From Alphaproteobacteria bacterium (GTDB taxonomy: Bacteria; Pseudomonadota; Alphaproteobacteria; MPNO01), in contig CBDFLJ010000002.1 of assembly GCA_965248835.1 (NCBI GenBank), forward strand, positions 928,001 through 992,000: a stretch of DNA of 64,000 nucleotides, written 5' to 3'. The position numbers and the translations under genes were made by a program. Each line of letters opens with the position of its first letter. Position 1 is the stretch's first letter. The notes beneath the pieces were generated by a model. It made no database searches. It was not told the DNA's origin and saw only the letters and a list, made by a program, of their open reading frames with translations. Positions 29,745-40,169 of the stretch are shown here, one piece after another.

Positions 29745-30912
29745 CCTTGGTCCTCCCTGTCGACCTCCGCAGGCCTGTCGCCCATCGGAGCAATCGAACC
29801 ATACGCGAGGCCAGGCGAATTTGACAGGATAAGCTGCGCGCTGACCGGCCAGGCGAATACGGGCGGCGTCATGGGAGCGCTGCCCCCGCGGCCCGTTTTC
29901 CGATCTCTCCAAACGGGTTCACCGCGTGGGGAGTCCCCCCTCGCCGCAATGCCGGCCGCTCACGCCCTGCGACGCTGCGCTGTTACCTGCCGCTCCCTAC
30001 AGTGACGTTCGGGCGCCGCGCAACGGGCCGGTAACCGTTCCGCACATGCGCGGCGCGCGCTGCCGCTCTGTCTACTTATCGGTGGTACTAATCGAGGGGA
30101 GTGGACAGAAGGACGATGCGGACGCCGTTCGGCGGTAAGGGCTCACACCCGCCGCACCTCGGTGCAATCAGTGTCACGTCATCGACAGGTCTGCGTGCCG
30201 CTCCCCGCCCACCAGCATAAGGGTTTACCGGGTCGACCCGAGAGTACCCCTGCTCTCGCCCCGGTCCGGCTCCGAACCCGAGGATGCATTCGATGAGGTC
30301 GCTTCCCCGCTTCCCGTTGCGCCCGGAACGGACCTCGGCGCCGAATCCCGAGACTTCCGAGATCAGGCCATAGCGGACGGCACGTGGGATATCCAGGAGC
30401 GGATCTGGCTCCGTGGGCGTCCGGGTGCTACCGTAAAGGGCGAGCCCTTTCGGCGCTCGGGTGTGATTCTAGAATCGTCGGTCTGCGAATGGCCGAAACG
30501 ACCAGGGAGATACAGAGTGAGACGATCAATTTTCGCTGTCGCAGTGCTTGCGGCCGGTGCCACGGTTTCCTCGGGAGCGCTGGCACAGAAAACCTTCACG
30601 ATGAAGATCGGGATGCCGACGATCAACGACTCGAACCACTTCTCAGCCCTTTGGGTGAAGAAGGAGATCGAGGCCAAATCGAACGGGCGGATCCAGGTAA
30701 GGGTCTTCCCGGCCGGCCAGCTCGGCAAGATACCGCGTCAGATCGAAGGCATTCAGCTCGGCACACAGGAAGCAATCAACATCCCTCCCGGCTTTTTTGT
30801 CGGCATCGAACGCGCCTTTATGGTGACCGACGCACCCGGCCTCTTCGATGACATCAGCCACGCGCACAGGGCGGTGAACTATCCGCCGTTCCGCGAGAAG
30901 TTCGGAAAGCTA

Positions 30913-31980
30913 GAGCGTCCTTGGATTGAGTGGAATCAATTGGTGGATACCCATTCATGATGATGTGTGATTCCCTCTCACGACATCGATATGTTGTGGG
31001 AGGCGGACATGGCATGGCGACGCGGGCAGGCTTATTCGCAGGATCTGCGCGATCGTGTTCTCTCAGCGGTGGATGGTGGGCTGGGCGTCTATCGGGCGGC
31101 CGAGCTGTTCGATGTGAGCGTGTCCTACATCTACAAGGCGCTGGATCGTCGGCGCCGAACGGGCGAGAGCGGCGCGAACCCGAACCGGGGCCACCGCCGG
31201 CGCAAACTGTCGGCGGCGCAGGCGGTGGCACTGGCGGCGCATATCGCCGCACACCCGGACATCACCCTGGCGCGGTTGCAGGACTGGCTGGCGGCCGAGC
31301 ACGCGGTGCGGCTGAGTGACGGCGCGATCTGGCAGGCGGTCGACCGGCTCGGCCTGTCGTTCAAAAAAAACCCTGCGCGCCGCCGAGCACGATCGGCCCG
31401 ACATGGCCGCCCGGCGCCGGGCCTGGCGGGCGGCGCAGGGCTGGATCGACCCACGACGCCTGGTGTTCATTGATGAAAGCGGGGTGAACACCAAGATGAC
31501 CCGGCGCTACGGCCGCGCGCCGGTCGGCCGTCGTCTGCACGCCGCGGCCCCCTTCGGTCACTGGAAGACCATGACCTTCGTCGCCGCGCTGCGACAGCGC
31601 GGGCTGAGCGCGCCCTGGGTGCTTGACGGCGCCATGGACGGCGACGCCTTCAGAACCTACACCGCCGAGATCCTCGCCCCGACGCTCACGCCAGGCGACA
31701 TCGTGGTCATGGACAACCTGCCGGCCCACAAGGTCGCCGGCATCGCCGAGACCATCGCCGGACAACAGGCCCAGCTCTTCTATCTGCCGCCGTACTCGCC
31801 CGACATGAACCCGATCGAACTCGCCTTCTCAAAGCTCAAGACCGCACTCAGGGCCGAGCCGGCACGCACCATCGACACGCTCTGGCGGCGCATCGGCACC
31901 ATCCTTGATACCTTCACCCAAAGCGAATGCGCCAACTACTTCAATGCAACTGGTTATCAACTCTCAATATGAGAATGCAC
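30913..31980 (+). mobile_element. IS630-family insertion sequence, 1068 bp, TA target duplication
   Basis: TA at 30911-12 and 31981-82. Imperfect IRs GAGCGTCCTTGGATTGAG versus reverse complement GTGCATTCTCATATTGAG (12/18 match). Confidence 0.92.
31009..31972 (+). CDS. IS630 transposase encoded in two frames joined at an A8 run
   Basis: OrfA has the HTH start AYSQDLRDRV. OrfB has DDE motifs FIDESG, VMDNLPAHK and YLPPYSPDMNPIE. Frame change (+1) at TTC-AAAAAAAA-CC, 31360-31372. Confidence 0.9.
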
Positions 31981-32982
31981 TAGGCGAAAAGAAGGGCTTC
32001 GTCGCGGGGTATCTGTGGGCCTGCGGCAACACGTCGATCGCGACGCTCAAGCCCTTCAAGAAGCTCGACGACCTGAAGGGTCGAAAGATCCGAGTCCTCG
32101 CGACCCCGCTCGAACGCGCCTTCATCTCGAAACTGGGCGCGACGGGTGTGCCGATTGCATATACCGAGGTGCTTCCGGCGCTGCAGCAGCGGGTGATCGA
32201 CGGCGTGCGCAGCGCGGTCATCGTGATGTACCCGTCGAAGTTTCACACGGTCGCCAAGCATATCACGCTCACCGGCATGGCGCAGATCACCTGCGGCCAG
32301 TTCCTCAGTAATGTCTGGCTCCGGAAGCTGCCGAGTGATCTGCGTGACATCGTGTTCGAGGCCGGCCGGGGCGTCACGCCGCACGCCGGCAAATGGGGCG
32401 TTGATCTGACCAAAAAAGCGGAAGAGAACTGGGCCCGCGATGCCAACGCGTATCGCTTGTCCGAGGAAGACCAGAACAAACTTCGCCGTCTTGCCGCCCC
32501 GATTGCCGACGAGATCCTCGCTGACGATCCTAGGACAAAGGGAATGTATGCGCTTCTCAAGGAAGCGGTTGCGGCAACGCGTATGAAGTAGAGAATCATA
32601 AGGATAAGCGGGCGCCTCGTCTTCTATGGGGCGTCCGCACTCTTGAGGATATGCTTCCCCCTCACGCACTCGCCCATACGCCACCGCATAGGCCGATAGA
32701 TAAAATCACCGTCAGATCTCCGGTTCGAAACCCACGTGTGTATCGGGGCCGGTTTCCATGCGATCTTGGCCTTCCGCTTCGGTTGGAAGGCGAAAGATCT
32801 CGTGGGTGCGCCGAACCGCCGGTCAAACCCGCTCATGCCCAATTGAGCACCGATGCCGCCTCGCAACAGACCATAATTGTTTTCGCGAAGGTGTGACCGC
32901 TATCGGCGATCTTGGGCGTGGCGCGCGACTTCACGAAGGATGTATGTTGTGCCGCTTTTGCGTCGATGGAATGCGGCGGAGG

Positions 32983-33591
32983 TCACTGCAAACGGATCGA
33001 GTCGATCACCCGTTGCACTTCCTGGTGTGAACCGGTCATGTCGTCCTGCCGCGTACTAGCCCCTACGATAAAAAGAAGGTCGCCCTTGAGCACGAACCAC
33101 ATTTGTGATTTGGTCGGAAATTGCCTCCCCTCTTGGGTTTCGAGGGTGTAGTCGATAACGACATAAGCCGCAGGAAACCCCGAGAATTGCATGAGTTCGG
33201 GCCCCTCTACGGCATCCACTTTTCCAATCATTTTCGCAACGACAACAACCATGCTTTTGGCAACGGCCAATAGATTTCCCGGATTTACGCGACCTCCGGG
33301 TCGGGCGGTGATCTTCACAGAGGGATTAAGATCGTCGTATGGCTCGCGGTACTTGGAAATCATGAATATCGGCGCGCTGGAGAGTTTCAGCACGAGAGAT
33401 TGAAACTCTGCATCGGTCATCTTCGTTCGGGCGATATTGCTGCGATGCTGTTTGTCAGTGACAAAAAACCATGTGGCGGGTTTTTGAACCGACAGGCCCA
33501 ATGTTTTGTTTTCATATAATTCTTGTGCAGACGTAATGTTCGCCAATGCACAAGAAAAAATAATTGCCGCTGCCGCTGTAAAGACACGCAT
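32983..33591 (-). CDS. Secreted hypothetical protein (possibly PsbP/DcrB-like fold), lower GC
   Basis: GGGGAG RBS, signal peptide ending TSA-Q, GLSVQKPATW, C-terminal VIDSIRL. AT-richer codons than its neighbours. Confidence 0.7.
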   Translation of the reverse strand: MRVFTAAAAIIFSCALANITSAQELYENKTLGLSVQKPATWFFVTDKQHRSNIARTKMTDAEFQSLVLKLSSAPIFMISKYREPYDDLNPSVKITARPGGRVNPGNLLAVAKSMVVVVAKMIGKVDAVEGPELMQFSGFPAAYVVIDYTLETQEGRQFPTKSQMWFVLKGDLLFIVGASTRQDDMTGSHQEVQRVIDSIRLQ

Positions 33592-33640
33592 TGCATGCTC
33601 CCCATGGCTACGCCATCGAATATGCAAAATTACAGTCAAA

Positions 33641-34250
33641 CCGGGATCTCCCACGTGGAGCCCGCCCGGCCGTCGAGTGTGACTCGGACCGGCTCGACGC
33701 GCAAGCCAATCGGCGCCCGGCGAGCAACTGTGAGCTGACCGGATCGAAAGAACGCCAATATAGGGCGGCGACCGCAGGAAACGGCCCGCTCGTCCACGAT
33801 CTGGGTGCATTGATCCTGTCGTCGGCGTTGAGCAACGGTTTGCCGTCGGTCATGCCGGGGCCGGCGGCGGCCTGAGCCGGTCGATGCGGCGCAGGATGTC
33901 GGCCAACAGGTCTTTCGGAACGGCCACTTCGGCCATCAGGAAGACGATGTAGCGCCCATGGCGGACGATCTTCGCGCCGATCTTAACGCGCTTCTCGCGC
34001 AGCGTTTTCAACGACTACTGCTCGACGGCCTCCGGCAAGGCGAGCGTCTTCATGAAGTTTCCGAGGTTGTAGGCCAGAGCGTGGCGCTGAATCCGGACGG
34101 CGTTGTGGCGGAACCTGTGGCATGACACGCGCGTCCACCGGATCGCGTTCTTGCCTTCCTTGATCCATTGTTCGGCCGTTCGACCTTGGCGATGACGGGC
34201 CGGGGCCTGTTCCAGATTCCCGCCCGGTAGCTGAAGCTGCCGTAGTCCGC
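33641..34250 (-). mobile_element. IS1380-family transposase relic with right end
   Basis: SFSYRAGIWNRPRPVIAKVE [deletion] TAEQWIKEGKNAIRWTRVSC...ALAYNLGNF...EQ*SLKTLREK..KIGAKIVRHGRY. Stop at 33850; candidate IR CCGGGATCTCCCAC at 33641. Confidence 0.85.
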
Positions 34251-34251
34251 C

Positions 34252-34584
34252 TTACGCCACGGCCCTTTGCGGACACGCATCCGCGTTCATCAACACGTCG
34301 ATCCGGTCGGCGACGCGCTGCGCGGGCTCGCGAAGCTGCTCCACCGTCCAGTCGGCGGAATAGCCTTCGGTCACATCGCCAGGCCGGGCGTGGTTGACCA
34401 GCCGCTTGGTCAGCGGGCGCGGCAGCACCAGGTCGCGCTCGGCTACCGTAATGAAGCAATTGCGCAGCCCGTGGAACCAGAACTTCGCGCCCCCGGCTCT
34501 TGTGATCCGTGGATGGAGATGCTGAAGCTCTTCGACATGGCCCGAGCCTCCGAGCGGCGAGGCGATCCTGCCGGTGGAAGCCAT
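34252..34584 (-). pseudogene. Tyrosine recombinase/integrase C-terminal fragment
   Basis: FHGLRNCF (HxLR), LVNH and VTEGY (catalytic Tyr). N-terminal domains are absent. Confidence 0.82.
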
Positions 34585-34653
34585 AGTCGGCGGCGACGCC
34601 GATCAAATCGCGGTCACGAGCGAATGTCGGTCTCGACTATTACGAGCCCAGGC

Positions 34654-34900
34654 CTAAATCTGCCTTACGATCCGGCGTTCGGCGCGGTCGCGCCGGTCGT
34701 CGTAAAACGGTGCGTTGGAGTCGCGTTTCTCGCTGAACAGCACGCGCTGGGGGCTGAAACCGTACACCGTGAATGCGCGGTTGAATACCGAGGCGCGTAG
34801 GGTTGGTCTGCGGTCGCGGCGCGACGCGCCATCGGGCGTGAACGGGAACCACCCGCCTTCATATTTCGTCCAATACAGATCGCCGCCAATGCCGGCGTGA
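34654..34900 (-). pseudogene. C-terminal fragment of a DUF560/Slam-like outer-membrane beta-barrel
   Basis: RRDR..LRASVFNRAFTVYGFSPQ....EKRDSNAPFYD..R.RAE..IVRQ resembles the last strands of this family, apparently decayed. Confidence 0.55.
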
Positions 34901-35038
34901 GGCTCAGCGAGAGCGTGAAGTGGGGTCGGTTCAGGCCGTCTTTCCGCCGGGATTCGCGCCGATGTCCCGGCGCCCGCCGCCGTCCTGTCAGGCGCCGCGT
35001 GAACCGGTGCGCTGATCGAAGCGGGCGCCGAATTCACC

Positions 35039-37348
35039 TCAGCCTTCGGTGTCGGCTGCGATCAGCGCATCGAGCACGCGTTCGGGCGTCATCGGCAGGG
35101 TGCGCAGCCGGATACCGGCGGCGTTGGCGATCGCGTTGGCGATCGCGGGTGCGGCGCCGATCAGCGGCGGCTCGCCGACGCCCTTGGCGCCGAACGGCCC
35201 CGTCGGTTCGGGGTCCTCGACGATGATGGTGTGGATCTCGGCCGGCGCCTCGTGGACGCCGGGCACCTTGTAGTCCATCAGGCTCGGGTTGGCGAGCCGG
35301 TCGTCGTCCCAGACCATCTCCTCGCTGAGCGCATAGCCCAGCCCCTGGACGAACCCGCCCTCGATCTGCCCCTCGATCATCGCCGGGTTGATCGCCCTGC
35401 CGACATCGTGGGCCGACCATGCGCGCAGCACCCGGACCTGTCCGGTGACCTCGTCGATCTCGACCTCGGCGGCCTGGGCGCCGAAGGTGTAGACCCCGAG
35501 GTTGGAGAAGGCGAGGCCGTCGACCACCGCGCGTTTGGGATCCATCCGCTCGCCGTCGAACATCAGCGACTCGGCGCCGGTGATCGGCCCGCCGGCGAGG
35601 TAATGGCTGCGCCCGGCAATCGCGGCAAACGGCAGTTCCCTGCCGGGCACGCCCTTCAGCCGGACCGCGCCGCCCGGGGCGAGCTCCAGGTCGACGGCGG
35701 CGCATTCCATCATCTCGGCCGCGGCCGAGATGATCTTGTCCTTGACCTGGTTGGTCGCCGACAACACCGCCCTGCCGGCCATGTAGGTCACCCGGCTGGC
35801 CGCGGTCTTCCAGTTGTAGGGCGATGAGTCGGTGTCGGGGCTGGCAAACGAGACCTGCTCGATCGGCAGCTTCAGCGCCTCGGCGCAGATCTGGGCGAGG
35901 ACGGTGTCCGAGCCCTGGCCGATGTCGACGACCCCGGTGTTGACCGCGACCGAGCCGTCGGTCCGAAGCTCGACGTTGGCGCCGGTCGCGAGCAGCCCGC
36001 AGGGATGGGCAAAGGCGGCATAGCCCACGCCGCGGCACTTGCCCGCCGCGGGCTCGGCCCCGGCCTCGCCGACCGCATCGCCCAGCTTCTCCAGGCATTC
36101 GACCATCGCGCACGACGGCACGGTCTGGCCGCCGGCGAAGGTGTCGCCCGGCCGCATGGCGTTCTTGCGCCGCAGTTCAAGCGGGTCCATGCCGAGCTTG
36201 GCCGCGAGCTCGTCGAGCTGGCTTTCGCCAGCGAAGCTGATCTGCGGGTTGCCGAAACCGCGGAACGCGCCGGCGCGCAGCTTGTTGGTATAGACGCCCT
36301 CGGCGCGGCCCTTGAGATTGGGAATCCTGTACGGGCCGCGGCCGAATAGGGCGCAGATCGAGATCACGGCCGGGCTGTCATCGGCATAGGCGCCGCAATC
36401 CAGGACCGCTTCGTAGGCACGCGCGATGAGCGTTCCGTCCTTGCTGGCGCCGGTCTTCATGCGGATGCGCGCGGGATGGCGCGACCGCATATATTCGAAA
36501 TCCTCGGTGCGGCTGAGCACGATCTTGACCGGTTTTCCGGTCTTGAGCGCCAGCGCCGCGGCCAGCGGCTGGACGGTCGGGCTTCCCTTGCCGCCGAACC
36601 CCCCGCCGATGCGCGGCACCACGGCGCGGACCTTGGCCATCGGCACGCCGATCCATTCGGCGATGCGCTGCTGGGTGAGGTGGACCGACTGGCAGGCCGA
36701 CCACACCGTCACCCGGCCGCTGCGGTCCGGCTCGGCCAGCGCGCCGCACGGCTCCATATACATGTGATGCTGCGCCTGGGTCTGATAGACGCCCTCGACG
36801 ATTACCGCGCAGTCTGCCCAGGCGGCATCGGCATCGCCCTCGGCGATGTCGGCGCGCCAGAAGCGGTTGCCCTGCGCCGGACTGTCGACGGTCTTGAAAT
36901 ACTGGGCGAAGTCCTCATGCAGGATCGGCGCGCCGTCGGCCAGAGCCTGGTCGATGTCGAGGGCCGCCGGCAGCACTTCGTACGCCACCTCGATCAGGCG
37001 GACCGCCCGGCGCGCGGTCTCGATGTCGGAGGCCGCGACCGCGGCCACCGCCTCGCCGACATAGCGCACCTTGTCCTTGGCCAGCATGACCTCGTCCTTG
37101 ATGAACGAGCCGGTGCGCTTGAGCGGATAGTCCGCGCCGGTCAGCACCGCCTTGACGCCGGGAAGCGCCAGCGCCGCCGCGATGTCGTAGGAAAGGATCC
37201 GTGCATGCGCATGGGGGCTCGCCAGGACCGCGCCGTGGAGCATGCCGGGCCGCTGGAGGTCGTCGACGAACAGCGCCTCGCCGCGCGCCTTCTCCTCGCC
37301 GTCGCCGCGCGGGATGCTGCGCCCGACGGCCTGGACGGTCTCGTTCAT
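35039..37348 (-). CDS. Xanthine-dehydrogenase-family molybdopterin-binding subunit
   Basis: True start MNETVQAVG at 37348. QHHMYMEP, GGGFGGK, AGAFRGFGNPQ, GQIEGG and GPFGAKGVGEP motifs. Confidence 0.93.
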   Translation of the reverse strand: MNETVQAVGRSIPRGDGEEKARGEALFVDDLQRPGMLHGAVLASPHAHARILSYDIAAALALPGVKAVLTGADYPLKRTGSFIKDEVMLAKDKVRYVGEAVAAVAASDIETARRAVRLIEVAYEVLPAALDIDQALADGAPILHEDFAQYFKTVDSPAQGNRFWRADIAEGDADAAWADCAVIVEGVYQTQAQHHMYMEPCGALAEPDRSGRVTVWSACQSVHLTQQRIAEWIGVPMAKVRAVVPRIGGGFGGKGSPTVQPLAAALALKTGKPVKIVLSRTEDFEYMRSRHPARIRMKTGASKDGTLIARAYEAVLDCGAYADDSPAVISICALFGRGPYRIPNLKGRAEGVYTNKLRAGAFRGFGNPQISFAGESQLDELAAKLGMDPLELRRKNAMRPGDTFAGGQTVPSCAMVECLEKLGDAVGEAGAEPAAGKCRGVGYAAFAHPCGLLATGANVELRTDGSVAVNTGVVDIGQGSDTVLAQICAEALKLPIEQVSFASPDTDSSPYNWKTAASRVTYMAGRAVLSATNQVKDKIISAAAEMMECAAVDLELAPGGAVRLKGVPGRELPFAAIAGRSHYLAGGPITGAESLMFDGERMDPKRAVVDGLAFSNLGVYTFGAQAAEVEIDEVTGQVRVLRAWSAHDVGRAINPAMIEGQIEGGFVQGLGYALSEEMVWDDDRLANPSLMDYKVPGVHEAPAEIHTIIVEDPEPTGPFGAKGVGEPPLIGAAPAIANAIANAAGIRLRTLPMTPERVLDALIAADTEG

Positions 37349-37824
37349 GGTACGCTTCCCGCGGTGACGGCCGAGACGGCTTCGACGATCTTCGCATAGC
37401 CGGTGCAGCGGCACAGGTTGCCCGAAATCGCGTCGCGGATCTGATTGCGGCTCGGCCGCGCGTTCGATGCCAGCAGAGGGGTCAGCGCGACGATCATGCC
37501 CGGCGTGCAGAACCCGCATTGCAGCGCCGCACCGTCGACGAAGGCCTGCTGCAGCGGCGTCAGCGGCCCGTCGCCGGCCAGGCCTTCGACGGTGGTAATC
37601 GCGAGGTCGGTGGAATTCGCCCCGATCGCCAGGCACGCCCGGATCGGCTTGCCGTCGGCCAGCACCGTGCAGGCCCCGCACACACCCTGGTCGCAGCCCC
37701 GCTTGGCCCCGGTGAGCCCCATCGCGCCGCGCAGGATGTCGAGCAGCGTATCGCCGGGCCCGGCAAGGGCCGCGCGGTCCTCGCCGTTGATCCGAAGCCG
37801 AAGGGCGATCCTGTCCTGGTTCAT
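37345..37824 (-). CDS. Xanthine-dehydrogenase-family [2Fe-2S] subunit
   Basis: GCDQGVCGACT, QCGFCTPG and NLCRCTGY motifs. Confidence 0.95.
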   Translation of the reverse strand: MNQDRIALRLRINGEDRAALAGPGDTLLDILRGAMGLTGAKRGCDQGVCGACTVLADGKPIRACLAIGANSTDLAITTVEGLAGDGPLTPLQQAFVDGAALQCGFCTPGMIVALTPLLASNARPSRNQIRDAISGNLCRCTGYAKIVEAVSAVTAGSVP

Positions 37825-38699
37825 CGGCCGCGCCCCTCATGCAGCGATGCCAGCGCGCGCCGCAGCAAACGCGGGACGAGCCTGAGCCGGTAGGCAGCGC
37901 TCGCCCGCGTGTCGTCGAGGGGGTCGCACGCCGCCGCCAGTATTTCGCCCGCCGCGTCCGCGTCCGCGGCGCCGAGCCCGGTTCCGACCAGCATGTCCTC
38001 GGCCGCCGGCACACGCACCGGGACCGGCCCGGCGCTGCCGAGCGCCAGCCGGATCGATCTACATGCCGCGCCGTCGAACGCGGCGATCAGGGCGAGCGAC
38101 ACAACGGCGTAGTCGCCGTCGACGCGCGCGACCTTGTCGTAGACCGCCACCGCGTCGTCATCGCCCGGCGGCACATGCACCGCGGTGACGATCTCGCCCG
38201 GCATCAGTGCCGATTCCAAGTAATCGACGAAGAACCCATCGCTTTCGATCTGCCGCGTCCCGGCCGGGCCGGAGACCTCGACAACGGCATTCGCCGCGAC
38301 CAGGGCGGCCGGATAGTCGGCCGCCGGATCGGCATGGGAGATCGCGCCGCCGATGGTGCCCATGTTGCGGATCGCCGGATGGGCAATTGCCCCAGCGGCC
38401 TTGGCGAGAATCGCCTGGCCGGGCCGCATGCCAGCGAAGCCGGCCACCGCGCTGTGGGTCGCCATCGCCCCGATGACCAGCGTGCCATCGGCGCGCAGCG
38501 CGATGCGGTCCAGGCCGGGCAGCTTCTTGAGGCTCACCAATGACGACGGCTCGATCAACCCGGCGTTCATCATCGCAACCAGGGTCTGGCCGCCTGCCAG
38601 GCATCGCGCGCCGTCCTCGGACAGCAGCGCGTGCGCCTCGGCAAGCGTCTCAGGCTGGTGGAACCGCAAGCCCAACTCCGGTAATCCGGTCGTCATCAA
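37821..38699 (-). CDS. Xanthine-dehydrogenase-family FAD subunit
   Basis: LAGGQTL and IRNMGTIGGAISHADPAAD motifs. Confidence 0.93.
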   Translation of the reverse strand: MMTTGLPELGLRFHQPETLAEAHALLSEDGARCLAGGQTLVAMMNAGLIEPSSLVSLKKLPGLDRIALRADGTLVIGAMATHSAVAGFAGMRPGQAILAKAAGAIAHPAIRNMGTIGGAISHADPAADYPAALVAANAVVEVSGPAGTRQIESDGFFVDYLESALMPGEIVTAVHVPPGDDDAVAVYDKVARVDGDYAVVSLALIAAFDGAACRSIRLALGSAGPVPVRVPAAEDMLVGTGLGAADADAAGEILAAACDPLDDTRASAAYRLRLVPRLLRRALASLHEGRGR

Positions 38700-38720
38700 C
38701 CCGCACCGTGCGGCGGGTCG

Positions 38721-39116
38721 TCACGCAAGCTTGCTTGGCCGGAAGCCGGCCGGCGCCGACAGGATCAGGTGCTCGACCAGGTTCGGGTGGCGCACCGCGA
38801 GCCAGGCGCCGAGCCACCCGCCGAGCGAGCTGCCGACGACATCGGCCGCCCGTCCCGGCAGATCTTCGATGAAACGCGCCGTGAGATCGGCCAGCGCCGG
38901 CATCGAGTCGACGCCGTCCAGGACCGGCGTGCCGTCGAACCCGGGCACGATCGGCGCCCAGACCCGGAAACGCCGGGCCAACCGGCGCAGCGGCGCGGAG
39001 ACCCGCATACCGGCAGCGGGATGCAAATAGACCACGTCATGACCCGTGCCGGCCACGAAATACTCAACCCGTCCGGCCGGCAGGTCGATCGCATCGCGCA
39101 TGAACTCGGATGTCAT
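38721..39116 (-). pseudogene. Truncated alpha/beta hydrolase (N-terminal half only)
   Basis: YLHPAAG, PGFDG and GSSLGG are present. The ORF ends just after LILSAPAG at 131 aa, so the cap domain and catalytic Asp/His are missing. Confidence 0.75.
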
Positions 39117-39161
39117 CGTTGTCCTTTCGTGCGGCCCGGGAGAAGCGTGCGCGGCGCGATC

Positions 39162-40169
39162 TTAGCGCGCCGCGGCGGCGATCCCCAGCACCGGGGGCAG
39201 TCCCGACGCGATGCGGACAAAGCCTTCGCCGCCGTCCGCGCTCGCCCAGATGTCGCCGTCATGCAGGCCGACATAGATCGCCTCGGGATCGTCGCGGTCC
39301 CCGGCGACGGCGCGCGGTGCCGCCTCGAGGCGGTCGGGCAGCCCGCCGGTGAGCCGGTGCCATGATCTGCCGGCGTCCTCGCTGCGGTAGAACGCGGCCC
39401 CAGGTCCGCCCGCGCGCGACCAATGCGGCGGCGGCACCTCGGCCCCGGCGGTGTAGAGAACGGCCGGCCGGTCCGGGTGGACCGCGACATGAGTCAGGTA
39501 GCGGTTGGCGATGCCCGCATTGACGTCGGCGAAGCTCTCGCCGCCGTCCTCGCTGCGGAACAGGCCGTCGCCCGAGGTCGTGACGACCGCCATCGGGTTA
39601 TCCGGCAGCACGGTGACGGTGTGGGAGTCGAAGTCGGTGCCGTCCTTGAGGTTGTCCCAGCTCGCCCCGCCGTCGGTCGAGCGTATGAGCCAGCCCTCTT
39701 CGACCGCGCCGAAGATGACGTCCGGGTCGGACCGGCACAGCCCGAGCCCCCGGACATGAGGCACATAGGGCGGGCCGGGGAAGGTCCAGTCCTTACGGGT
39801 CGGCAGCTTGCGCAGTGTCTCGAGCTCCGTCCAGTGGTCCCCGCGGTCGTCCGACCTGAAAATGCAGGCCGGCTCGGTCCCGACATAAAGCGCGCCGGTC
39901 AGCGGATGCTGGGCGAGCGAGTAGGCGTGCTTGTAGACCAGGCCTTCGTTCTTCTCCGCCCAGCTGCGCCCGCCGTCTTCGCTGCGCCAGACCCCGCCGC
40001 GCTCGGTCGCTGCCCACACGCGCGCCGGATCGTCGCAATCGGCCAGGATCCAGCGGACACCGCCCTTGTCCTCGAGGCCGAGGGCGTGCGCCTCGCTCGC
40101 CGCCCCGTTCGATTGTGTGAGAAAAACGCCCCGACCGGTCGCGACATAGAGGCTCGTCCCGCCACCCAT
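39162..40169 (-). CDS. BNR/Asp-box repeat beta-propeller protein (cytoplasmic)
   Basis: Repeated S-x-D-x-G-x-x-W/F boxes (RSEDGGRSW, RSDDRGDHW, RSTDGGASW, RSEDGGESF, RSEDAGRSW, SADGGEGF). No signal peptide. Confidence 0.88.
   Translation of the reverse strand: MGGGTSLYVATGRGVFLTQSNGAASEAHALGLEDKGGVRWILADCDDPARVWAATERGGVWRSEDGGRSWAEKNEGLVYKHAYSLAQHPLTGALYVGTEPACIFRSDDRGDHWTELETLRKLPTRKDWTFPGPPYVPHVRGLGLCRSDPDVIFGAVEEGWLIRSTDGGASWDNLKDGTDFDSHTVTVLPDNPMAVVTTSGDGLFRSEDGGESFADVNAGIANRYLTHVAVHPDRPAVLYTAGAEVPPPHWSRAGGPGAAFYRSEDAGRSWHRLTGGLPDRLEAAPRAVAGDRDDPEAIYVGLHDGDIWASADGGEGFVRIASGLPPVLGIAAAAR

Larger units (their letters stand above)
30517..32591 (+). pseudogene. dctP: dctP gene interrupted by IS630
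   Basis: The 5' part ends ...FREKFGKL (30912) and the 3' part resumes GEKKGFVAGYLW (31983). Removing 30913-31982 restores a 334-aa in-frame DctP. Confidence 0.92.

Noticed and set aside
35039-38014. 991-aa extended Mo subunit
   Set aside because: The extension overlaps the S and M subunit genes in another frame; the real start is 37348.
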